A DNA stretch of 64,000 nt from a virus (lineage: Duplodnaviria > Heunggongvirae > Uroviricota > Caudoviricetes): positions 14,551 through 78,550 of the IMG/VR virus record IMGVR_UViG_3300022562_001204, one strand, 5' to 3'. The notes below the pieces were generated by a model, which made no database searches, had not been told where the DNA came from, and saw only the letters and a list, made by a program, of their open reading frames with translations. The translations under genes were made by a program, and so were the position numbers. Below, piece after piece: positions 56,091-63,984 of this stretch. Each line of letters begins with the position of its first letter. The stretch's first letter is position 1.

Positions 56091-57635
56091 TTAGATATAG
56101 TCGCCTGTTTGAATCTCAATGACCAGCCTGGCCAGATGGGTTTTAATATCGGCGACGACAGGGATACGACGAGTACGTTGGTCTAGGACACTCTCCACCC
56201 GTTTCGAGGTGGTCGTGGCAGCCCAGCTGAACCGAGTAAACTCAGTTGCCAGGGTGTCGATGTTCTCGATCGCTGGATTCAACGTCTCTTCAGAGGCTTT
56301 CTTACCTCTCTGAGGCAGGCGATACGGGAACAGCTGGTCCAGTTTGTCAATCATCTCGCGGGGAATCCGCTTCTTACTGTCCAGAGACGAGACGATCATC
56401 TCTCGTTCGGACGTGATGGGCATAGCGCTGGAGAGGATCGCCAGATAGTGGTGACCTCGAGCCCAGAGGACGGACTCCAGCACAGCCAGGTTTTGTTTGA
56501 TCAGGTACTCCGGCATGTAGACCAGGCCCATGGGGGATATGATGGGACTGAAGACCCAGCGCATCAGCATCACCTGGGGCTTACTGGGGACTGCGTCATA
56601 CTGCTTGACGGACTGCAGGGCTGTTTGTAGATCTTCGAGGACGATGTTGCTAGAGAGCCGACTCGCCGACTCGTAGACGTTCTTGATCGAGAACTCCATC
56701 TCTGCCAGCTCCCCTACGGAGAGATTGGCTTTGATCTTGTACCCTTCCAGCGTAGAGGGGCTTTCCGGGTTGTTGCTATTCTCGTCGACAGCCCGTTTGT
56801 CCTTGATGGCGGATTCGCTGGAGTTATCCTTGTTCTCCATCTTCCCCACCACGGACATGTACATGTACTTGACCAGGTGGTGGTTCTCCTCGGTAATCCG
56901 AAGATCCCGTACGGCAAGATGCCGCACACAGAGCATCGCCAGCATCCAGCGGGGATAGTCTGACCGAGGGATACCGTTCAGGGCGTTGTTGTGAGAGGAT
57001 CGGTCACTGGAGACCACGATCTCTTCCACGTACTCAGACAGCTTCATCATCGGCGCTGTCTGGAAGATGTTTGAAGTATCTAACAACCGAAACGCCAGCA
57101 TCTCCTTGTAGACGTTCTCAGAACCCTTGCGGATACTGGCCGTATACTCACCCCAGATCGGCACCATGGTCCTCAGGACGATGACCAGGGAGACCAAGCC
57201 GACGTAATCCGCACGGATATACGTCTTGCTACGGCTGGTGTTGGTATCCGGATTATGGACATACTGAATCGGTACTGCGGACTCAGGCGGGATATCGATA
57301 CCCTGCCCTTTAAATCCCATCCACATCTGGATGGTCTCCAGGTCGTGCAGCTCGATCAGCTCCTTCACCTTCTCTTGGAGGCGGCTCAGAATCATCTCCT
57401 TGGGGATGACCCCATCGAAGATGGACATCGTCTCGCTATAAATCTCGAAGATCCGGTCCTGGGTCTCCATGGGGAGACTCGACCAGTAGTCGTTGATCTG
57501 GTCAAAGATCCCGACATCCCTGGCAAAGGTGTTCTTCCGGTAACTCACGATTGAAAAACCAACCACATTACCCTTGTGGCTCACCAGCGCCATGGGTGTA
57601 GAGTTTAAACCGTCGTTCGAAGGATCAATTCTCAC
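56091..57635 (-). CDS. Non-virion RNAP specificity (sigma-like) subunit (phiKZ gp68-like)
   Basis: 514 aa; F.QINDYW, RTMVPIWGEY, STLEGYKIK motifs; synteny. Confidence 0.75.
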   Translation of the reverse strand: MRIDPSNDGLNSTPMALVSHKGNVVGFSIVSYRKNTFARDVGIFDQINDYWSSLPMETQDRIFEIYSETMSIFDGVIPKEMILSRLQEKVKELIELHDLETIQMWMGFKGQGIDIPPESAVPIQYVHNPDTNTSRSKTYIRADYVGLVSLVIVLRTMVPIWGEYTASIRKGSENVYKEMLAFRLLDTSNIFQTAPMMKLSEYVEEIVVSSDRSSHNNALNGIPRSDYPRWMLAMLCVRHLAVRDLRITEENHHLVKYMYMSVVGKMENKDNSSESAIKDKRAVDENSNNPESPSTLEGYKIKANLSVGELAEMEFSIKNVYESASRLSSNIVLEDLQTALQSVKQYDAVPSKPQVMLMRWVFSPIISPMGLVYMPEYLIKQNLAVLESVLWARGHHYLAILSSAMPITSEREMIVSSLDSKKRIPREMIDKLDQLFPYRLPQRGKKASEETLNPAIENIDTLATEFTRFSWAATTTSKRVESVLDQRTRRIPVVADIKTHLARLVIEIQTGDYI

Positions 57636-57661
57636 GTAAACGTCCCGAGTGGGTTCAGAGA

Positions 57662-57670
57662 GAGTATATC
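57662..57670 (-). promoter_or_regulatory. GATATACTC motif upstream of the gp68-like gene
   Basis: Exact 9-mer 27 nt upstream of the GTG. Confidence 0.7.
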
Positions 57671-57690
57671 TACCCAGCGTGGGTTACAAA

Positions 57691-57735
57691 GGCATACAGT
57701 ACAGTCGACGCTTGTCGACTGTACTGTGCTATGCC
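57691..57735 (-). terminator. Terminator after the ChmC-like gene
   Basis: 14-bp perfect stem extended by GGCATA/TATGCC. Confidence 0.75.
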
Positions 57736-57740
57736 GTATT

Positions 57741-58412
57741 TCAGAACGCGATGTCGTCGTCTGCGAAGTTTGCTCCTGAGTAAGAGTTGTTGTTGGACGA
57801 CGCTTTGCCCCGTTGTCCACCGCCCTGCTGCCCACGTCCACGCGTATTCTCACGCGGAATGCTGGTGTCTCGCCACTTGGCGCACCGATTCGCAAAGACA
57901 CGCTTCAGCACCTCGACCATGGCCAGCGTTCTCAGAACGGAGCCTTCGGCTTCCGACATCTGACGATTGTTGCTGTCGTAGAAGTTGTGGTACTCGGACA
58001 GGGTGATCTTGAACTGGATATCCGGGTGTTCCGGCGCCCGTACGGCGATCCAGACCACGCCATTCCCGTCCTTCCCGAACCAGACATCGCCACGGAGCTC
58101 TTTCTCACCCGTGATGTTACCACGCTCGTCGCGCTTACCCCAGAGAGACGTGACGTGTACTTTGACGTTGTCGGGACCCTTGGCCACCATGGCCAGCTGA
58201 GACAGAAACGCCGTGACGGTTTCCAAATCAAACGGTGCTGTGATGATACCGTTTTTCAGGGGTCCCGAATCTGAACGGGTAAACACCGTGATCCTCGGGT
58301 ATTCATCCCTGATGGACCACGCCAGGCTGGCCCGCTTATTGTTCTCCACGGGTGAGAACAACGTGAATCGTTCGAGCTCGAAGATCTTCGGCTTCTCGTT
58401 TTCTTCTGACAT
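57741..58412 (-). CDS. chmC: Probable ChmC-like (Whirly-fold) nucleic-acid-binding protein (phiKZ gp67 position)
   Basis: YPRITVFT and GKDGNGVVWIAV beta-rich core; R/G/N-rich tail ending DDDIAF; directly upstream of the gp68-like gene. Confidence 0.65.
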   Translation of the reverse strand: MSEENEKPKIFELERFTLFSPVENNKRASLAWSIRDEYPRITVFTRSDSGPLKNGIITAPFDLETVTAFLSQLAMVAKGPDNVKVHVTSLWGKRDERGNITGEKELRGDVWFGKDGNGVVWIAVRAPEHPDIQFKITLSEYHNFYDSNNRQMSEAEGSVLRTLAMVEVLKRVFANRCAKWRDTSIPRENTRGRGQQGGGQRGKASSNNNSYSGANFADDDIAF

Positions 58413-58421
58413 CTGGTTTTA

Positions 58422-58438
58422 TTCCTTATTAAAGGAGC
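58422..58438 (-). promoter_or_regulatory. GCTCCTTTAATAAGGA motif upstream of the ChmC-like gene
   Basis: Same motif family, overlapping the RBS. Confidence 0.55.
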
Positions 58439-59286
58439 TTCATCAGGTACTGAAACAGGTACGGATCGAGGACATTTGATTTAATGTCTGTACAAATTTT
58501 TTCACGAGTGGTATACGGCGTCCAGCGTCCTTTCACCGAAATATCGTGCACCACTCTTCTCACTTTCAACTCATGGGGTTGGATGAGAGTTTTATCTCCG
58601 AAGAGAATCAGCAGTCCGGATGTGAAGGGTAGATGGGTCAGGTCCTCCTTACCCAGAGGGGCGTACTTGGTGTTCCACTGAGCATGTCCTTTCAGGATTC
58701 CCGTATGGGATTCCAGGAGGTCCAGGGTCCTGAAGTGTTTCTCGCTGAGGAGATCCCAGGCGTAATGGGTGATGACCAGGGCTCTGGCTGGGTGCCGAGG
58801 CTTGAGATCAGGGTCGCAGCTCTGGATCTGGTCCGTTTGCTTCTCCAGCATCATCCTGACTTGTTTCAACTTCAGGGCCGTCGCCGCCCCCTTCTCCGTG
58901 GAGTTCTCTCGAAACTGCACCATATTGCCGTACAGATGAGGTAACCGGCTGTACTGGGGTCGGTAGAAGATAGGCGTACACGTACCCTGTCCTTCGATTT
59001 GAAAGAGCGACTGGATGATCTCCATCTCAGTCAGCAGAACATCCAGCACCTGCTTGGCATTACTGGTATTCCAATCTACCGAGGTCACAGACCCCTGGAT
59101 GTTCCGAAGGAGGGTATCCACGTTGACCCAGCACTCATCGTACTTCTTCAGGTCAACCTGCTGAGGGATCTTTCGATCTGGGTCATACGGGGGGCGGTCT
59201 CCTTTAAAGATGGACTCCAGAGCCAACGATGTCCCGATACTGACAGGGATCGAGGACATGGTACGGTCGAACAACGACATGCTCAT
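58429..59286 (-). CDS. Conserved protein (phiKZ gp66 position), possible PIN/5'-3' nuclease fold
   Basis: WVNVDTLLRNI, LLESHTG, FGD; synteny. Confidence 0.55.
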   Translation of the reverse strand: MSMSLFDRTMSSIPVSIGTSLALESIFKGDRPPYDPDRKIPQQVDLKKYDECWVNVDTLLRNIQGSVTSVDWNTSNAKQVLDVLLTEMEIIQSLFQIEGQGTCTPIFYRPQYSRLPHLYGNMVQFRENSTEKGAATALKLKQVRMMLEKQTDQIQSCDPDLKPRHPARALVITHYAWDLLSEKHFRTLDLLESHTGILKGHAQWNTKYAPLGKEDLTHLPFTSGLLILFGDKTLIQPHELKVRRVVHDISVKGRWTPYTTREKICTDIKSNVLDPYLFQYLMKLL

Positions 59287-59304
59287 TCCTTTATATAGAC
59301 AGAC

Positions 59305-59330
59305 ACACAGGGAGCCGAAGCTCCCTGTGT
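59305..59330 (-). terminator. Hairpin after SbcD
   Basis: 11-bp stem, UUCG loop; core CAGGGAGCCGAAGCTCCCTG identical to the 46637 hairpin. Confidence 0.7.
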
Positions 59331-60473
59331 TTATGCTTGAATATTTTCCAGCAGCTGGCGTAGGAGGTGTTTATCGGCAGCATCGATCTTCTCGACCCCA
59401 TCGACCTCCTCCATGATCAGACTCACCACGTTCTCTGGGGTAATCTCGATCGAGGTGTATTGAAGGAGCGTCGAATCCTCCAGGGCTTTCTGATGCTCCT
59501 TCTCCTCTTCCTCGTTCAGTTTACTGAGATGAAGAGAGGGGTATCGCTTCTTGATCTCCTCGAATCCCTGGTAGACTGGGTGAAGTTTGGGGGCTTTGAT
59601 CCGGAGGTAGGACCCCTCCAGCAGTTTGCCGGCGACCTTATCGAGCTTCAGGAGGGCGGATTCCATTGTGCCATTGGACAGAGAGACCGTCTTGAAGATC
59701 AAAGCGTTCTTGTTTTCCACAAAGACGTAGTGGTCAACACCGTCCCCGTCAGGGAAGATCTCGCAGTACACAGCACCCTTGGCTTCCTCCTCCCCATGGG
59801 CGAGTCGGTCAAAGGACCCCTGAGCAATGATCCGGTCATACGTACTGAAGGTATGGACATGACCGATATTGATGAAGTGTCGGGTCAGTGAAAGGTAGGA
59901 TGCCTCGTCATGCGTGTCGTGTTTCCCTGGGATGCCCGCCATTTGGTACGTAAACATCCCGTGCATGAAGCTCAGGTCAACCTGCGTCAACCCCTTCTCC
60001 ATCATGAGTTCCCGTACCTGCCTGAGGGTCTCCTCAGCAGACGAAGAATGCTCATCGGGCACGTAGAGTATATCGAGCCCTAAATCTTTAAGATGCTCTA
60101 TCTCCAGACCCTGGACCCAGCGGACGTCCGCCTTGGTGTTTTCCAAGCTGGAAACGATGTCAAGTAACCTTGACTGTTTCCAGTCATGTCCCGGCGTACC
60201 CTCGGATATCCGCAGGATGACGTCGTTCCTCTCGCAGAACTTTACCAGAAAGGACAGAAACGTCAAAGCTTCGAAGAGATCCGACTGCACGCAGTCCATC
60301 AGACTGTCGAACAGATCCCCAGCAATCACGATCAGGTCAAGCTTCCCGTACGCAGAGCCTTTTTCGAACTGTGAGAAAAAATGAAACAGATTCCCGACGA
60401 TGCGACTCGTCGGGTTTCTGTCATGATTCAGGTGTACGTCACTGAGGCAGATGTAGCGAATCCCGTCAGTCAA
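59331..60473 (-). CDS. sbcD: SbcD/Mre11-like metallophosphoesterase nuclease
   Basis: SDVH, AGDLFD, GTPGHD, MHG, GHVH. Confidence 0.9.
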   Translation of the reverse strand: MTDGIRYICLSDVHLNHDRNPTSRIVGNLFHFFSQFEKGSAYGKLDLIVIAGDLFDSLMDCVQSDLFEALTFLSFLVKFCERNDVILRISEGTPGHDWKQSRLLDIVSSLENTKADVRWVQGLEIEHLKDLGLDILYVPDEHSSSAEETLRQVRELMMEKGLTQVDLSFMHGMFTYQMAGIPGKHDTHDEASYLSLTRHFINIGHVHTFSTYDRIIAQGSFDRLAHGEEEAKGAVYCEIFPDGDGVDHYVFVENKNALIFKTVSLSNGTMESALLKLDKVAGKLLEGSYLRIKAPKLHPVYQGFEEIKKRYPSLHLSKLNEEEEKEHQKALEDSTLLQYTSIEITPENVVSLIMEEVDGVEKIDAADKHLLRQLLENIQA

Positions 60474-61044
60474 AGATCAGCTCGTCGTAATTCGGACCTT
60501 CCTCAGCCGCTCCTGAGGAGGATGCCTTCTTGGTTGTGTTCAGATTGTAGTACTTGAAGATTGCGTCCCAGCCTTTGACAGACTCTTCCTCGGGCTTCAG
60601 CTTGGACTTGTCCGTCCTGAGAGTGACTGCACTGGCCAAGAGGTTCTGCCCGGTGCCCGGCAGATAGGCGTCCTGACGCTGGGCCATGTCGAACAATTCA
60701 CCAAAGGACTTGATGTTTGAGTTCTGAGCCCGTTCCAGGAACGTCGTTGACATCACTGGCGGAACTTGGAAGAGTGTCTTCCCCTCCTGGTCGACCACAT
60801 CCACGGGGGACGTGGGTGATCCAGCGATACCGATCCACACTGTGGTGATCTGGCGGGTCCGATCATCGATGATCTGGCCGGAGAAGTACGGCAGGAAGTC
60901 CTGGCGAAAGACGGACTCAGGAAGCTTGGCGATGTTCTGATGATTGAAGATGTCGCCAAACGCTTCCTCTTCGATCGCCTTCGCTTCGGCCAACATGACC
61001 TTCGTAGCGAAGTCCAGTGCTTTGGTACGCGGTTTCTTGGACAT
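60466..61044 (-). CDS. Conserved hypothetical protein; probable start ATG 61044
   Basis: W..IAGSPTSPVDVVD..G..LF.VPP motif. Confidence 0.65.
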   Translation of the reverse strand: MSKKPRTKALDFATKVMLAEAKAIEEEAFGDIFNHQNIAKLPESVFRQDFLPYFSGQIIDDRTRQITTVWIGIAGSPTSPVDVVDQEGKTLFQVPPVMSTTFLERAQNSNIKSFGELFDMAQRQDAYLPGTGQNLLASAVTLRTDKSKLKPEEESVKGWDAIFKYYNLNTTKKASSSGAAEEGPNYDELIFD

Positions 61045-61045
61045 G

Positions 61046-61468
61046 TTAGGACCCATTGGTAATGATCTCGCGAATGGACTCGAACTTCGAGTTGTTGATC
61101 TTGGCGACTTGTGCCAAGTTCTGAGTGACGCCATCGGCAGTCACGAACTGAACAAAGATGTTCACTGTCACCAGACTGGAGTTCGTATCTTCACTACCGT
61201 CGACGACCTCGACGACTACATCATTGAAGTAGCGCGAGAATAAAGCTGTGACCATGCTTCTCAGCTTATCCATGAGGGTTGGTGGGTCGTTATTGTAAGC
61301 CGCCATGACCCATCCATACGAAGACACCTTCCCCTGGAAGATGTTGGACTGACTGTAGAAGCTGGCCAGAAAGTCAGCCATGACGTAGTCAGCCTGCTTG
61401 ATGCTTGAAAAGACCCAGCCGTCATCAGACAGCGAGGGTGTGACGACGGTGTTGATATTGTCAGGCAT
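61046..61468 (-). CDS. Conserved protein, possible gp25-like baseplate/sheath initiator
   Basis: 140 aa; LFSRYFNDVVVEV...VNIFVQF pattern resembles gp25; inference. Confidence 0.45.
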   Translation of the reverse strand: MPDNINTVVTPSLSDDGWVFSSIKQADYVMADFLASFYSQSNIFQGKVSSYGWVMAAYNNDPPTLMDKLRSMVTALFSRYFNDVVVEVVDGSEDTNSSLVTVNIFVQFVTADGVTQNLAQVAKINNSKFESIREIITNGS

Positions 61469-61477
61469 AACGTTCCC

Positions 61478-62281
61478 TTACAGGGTGATGTGGTGAAGAT
61501 CCACAGGTTTTCCAGCACCTTTCATCCGTGCCATCATGTCCTGAGTACCTCTTGAGCGACCATCCCAAATGGAGATCAGGGCGTCACTGTACTCTTCCAT
61601 CTCGCCATTCCGGATCATCCCGGCTGCTCTGGGCTGATTATCCCAGTCGGCTGGGAAACAGACGAGGTTGAGCTCCAGCTCAATAGCCACCTGTTCAGCC
61701 AGGTTATCTACACCAGGCGCCATCCCTGAGACGATGCACCCAATGTCAAACGGCGTCTCTTTGATCGCCTTCCGAACCAGACTGATGTCCTTGATAGACC
61801 GGCTACCCGCCACAATGACCCGGAGGTTACGGCGATTGAGTCGTTCCCTCAGGCTTTCCAGTACCCCAACCAGCCACAGATGGTCTCTGGGGTAGACTGT
61901 CTTCACATCTGGCAGAGTGCCATACATGTAGTAGTGCTTGAAGGGCAGGACCGACATCTTGAACTCCTGGAGGAGGTCAGGATTCTGAGTGATCTTGAAC
62001 CGAATCACTCGCTCAATCTCATCCTTAAAGTTCTCCACAGGCACTCGCTCCAGCTTCTTGCCCTCCTCTTTGGCCTTGAAACCAGAGAGGTGTCTCAGAA
62101 ACTGATGCTTCTTACCCGTGGAGAGCCAGTACCAGTAACCCTCCACACTTTCGAACTCACCGTGTTTCGGGTGGATGAACCCTATTTTTGCGAAGTTTGA
62201 GAGTGCCCTTCCGAGGTTGGTCTGCCCTCGGGAGTAAATGTTGATGTGTTGTTTCCCGTCTTCGAACGGTGTCGTGTCCAT
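61478..62281 (-). CDS. NADAR (T4 gp30.3-like) fused to YspA-type SLOG domain
   Basis: N-terminal INIYS...LGRALSNFA...F.SVEG.W..L...LSGFKAKEEG; C-terminal VIVAGSR, IVSGMAPGVD, ADW.....AGMIRN, WDGRSRGTQDM. Confidence 0.78.
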   Translation of the reverse strand: MDTTPFEDGKQHINIYSRGQTNLGRALSNFAKIGFIHPKHGEFESVEGYWYWLSTGKKHQFLRHLSGFKAKEEGKKLERVPVENFKDEIERVIRFKITQNPDLLQEFKMSVLPFKHYYMYGTLPDVKTVYPRDHLWLVGVLESLRERLNRRNLRVIVAGSRSIKDISLVRKAIKETPFDIGCIVSGMAPGVDNLAEQVAIELELNLVCFPADWDNQPRAAGMIRNGEMEEYSDALISIWDGRSRGTQDMMARMKGAGKPVDLHHITL

Positions 62282-62654
62282 GGTTCAGGAGTGTCCTCAA
62301 CCAGCCTTTCACTCTGTGAAATACACGGTAAGGGAAAGGATAGTTCTGTAAGGTGAGTGGCAGCGATTTACAGATTCTGCCATGCTTGTCATAGTAAATG
62401 GCATGGCTGCGAGGATTTTTCGGGTCCTTACTGACGATGAACAAGTCGTGGTCAGGCCCGCCCTTCACGATGAACCAGCTCTTTGGATGGGAGAAGTCCC
62501 CAGCGCGGGTGTAGGCAATCTGGCGATCATTCTCGTCAAACTCGATGAACCATGAATCTGGGTGGGACATCAACCCATCGATAAAGACAGCGACGAGCCT
62601 GCCCTTTTCGTCGTAGCGTGTCTGGGTACGACCTGTACTCTTGGGTGGGATCAT
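62157..62654 (-). CDS. Small YD/RHS-like repeat protein, paralog of 8794-9207
   Basis: YDEKGRLVAV...MSHPDSW, FDENDRQIAY...FSHPKSW, YDKHGR; AAGGAG RBS. Confidence 0.7.
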   Translation of the reverse strand: MIPPKSTGRTQTRYDEKGRLVAVFIDGLMSHPDSWFIEFDENDRQIAYTRAGDFSHPKSWFIVKGGPDHDLFIVSKDPKNPRSHAIYYDKHGRICKSLPLTLQNYPFPYRVFHRVKGWLRTLLNHGHDTVRRRETTHQHLLPRADQPRKGTLKLRKNRVHPPETR

Positions 62655-62697
62655 AACGCTCTCCTTGTGTCACTCGATACCCGAAGAAAAAAAGAAG

Positions 62698-62725
62698 AGA
62701 GGGAGGGGCGTGAGCCCCTCCCTCT
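62698..62725 (-). terminator. Terminator after the 164-aa gene
   Basis: 12-bp stem followed by a long U-tract. Confidence 0.8.
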
Positions 62726-62730
62726 ACCCG

Positions 62731-63225
62731 TCAAGAAGCCTTGCGGCTCTTGCGGGGCTTCTTCTTTGCCACGGCCACTTCCGTGGACGGGGCCGTCATC
62801 GAGGCATCGATGACGTGCCGGGCCTTTTCGGCCGCATAAGCGGCCTCAAAGCGGTTCAACCCGCGGTTGAATGCGGCGTCGAGCTTCTTCTCGAAGCTCA
62901 TTACCGTCAAAACGACGTCGGTGACCTGGGCGGCCAGCTGGCCCTGAATCTCGGCCAGCTCGGCGGCGCAGCCGCCGAGGTCTTCGATGAAGCTCGGGGA
63001 CATCCCGAACTCCAGGTTTCCTTCCTGGTCCTTGTGGACCAGGGGGAGCCTGGAGATGAAGCCAACGATTTTATCGCTGACTTCCTCCACGGTCACAGCG
63101 GCTGGGACCTCCGCCCCGTGCTTCTCAAGCACGGGGGCCATTGCCTCCGTGCTGACGCGGTCACAGAGGACCACCGCGTTGGAAATGGCGGAAACGACCT
63201 GCTTAGAAATGGAAATCTTGAACAT
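62731..63225 (-). CDS. Hypothetical protein with basic C-terminus; monocistronic, probably early
   Basis: AAGGAG RBS, GATATACTC upstream, own terminator, biased codons. Confidence 0.75.
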   Translation of the reverse strand: MFKISISKQVVSAISNAVVLCDRVSTEAMAPVLEKHGAEVPAAVTVEEVSDKIVGFISRLPLVHKDQEGNLEFGMSPSFIEDLGGCAAELAEIQGQLAAQVTDVVLTVMSFEKKLDAAFNRGLNRFEAAYAAEKARHVIDASMTAPSTEVAVAKKKPRKSRKAS

Positions 63226-63279
63226 GATGTAGCTCCTTTAGAAGGCTTGAAATGACGAGGATGGGATATTCCTCAAGTT

Positions 63280-63288
63280 GAGTATATC
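63280..63288 (-). promoter_or_regulatory. GATATACTC motif upstream of the 164-aa gene
   Basis: Exact 9-mer 55 nt upstream of the ATG. Confidence 0.65.
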
Positions 63289-63318
63289 TAACTGAAAATT
63301 TATAGAAGTGGCATAGCC

Positions 63319-63350
63319 CCCACCGGGAGCCCCTCTAGGCTCCCAGTGGG
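63319..63350 (-). terminator. Hairpin after the gp59-position gene
   Basis: 12-bp stem with one G-U pair on the minus strand. Confidence 0.6.
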
Positions 63351-63357
63351 TAGGCTG

Positions 63358-63984
63358 TCAGCCGATGTTTCCGCCGAATGGATCCGTGGGATCCTCGCCA
63401 GCCTGGGCAAACAGCCTGGCCAGCTCCATCGTGCCGATGATATCGACCTGCTCGTCGATCGCCAGCTCTCGATCCCCGTCCCTGAGGTCCTCGAAGTACT
63501 GGACACACTGCCAGCCCTTCTCGTCCACCTCAGCGATACCCTGATGGACCCGGCGCCAGTCGTAGTGCTGCTCGCCTACGTCAGACCCGTCAGCATTCAT
63601 ATACTGACCATCATAGCCGGAACACAGCTGCTCCAGATACTTCTGACGAATATACGGATCCGCCATGATGTACCGCTGCATGACCGGGGCTGCGCACTGG
63701 AGATCCTCCAGGGTCCGAAGGTGCTGTACGACGTTTGGATTGACGATGTGACCGATCATGCGCACGGCAGCACGGGCCGCCATGGCAGCAGCGCTGTCGT
63801 AGAACTGCTCTGAGAGCAGCCTGGCAGACTCGATGTACTGAGCAGCTGCCGAGTTGAGGTTGTGGCCTACCTGCTGAAACTGGGCCTGGATGTACTGCTG
63901 CACGCCGGAATGCTGCTCGGGATAAACCAACGCGTCGAACACATCCACGTGACTGACATCGATGGCAGTGATCGGGACGTTCAC
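63358..63984 (-). CDS. Conserved core protein (phiKZ gp59 position, possible Imp3-like)
   Basis: MQRYIMADP..R..Y..Q...GY...Y motif; synteny. Confidence 0.55.
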   Translation of the reverse strand: MNVPITAIDVSHVDVFDALVYPEQHSGVQQYIQAQFQQVGHNLNSAAAQYIESARLLSEQFYDSAAAMAARAAVRMIGHIVNPNVVQHLRTLEDLQCAAPVMQRYIMADPYIRQKYLEQLCSGYDGQYMNADGSDVGEQHYDWRRVHQGIAEVDEKGWQCVQYFEDLRDGDRELAIDEQVDIIGTMELARLFAQAGEDPTDPFGGNIG

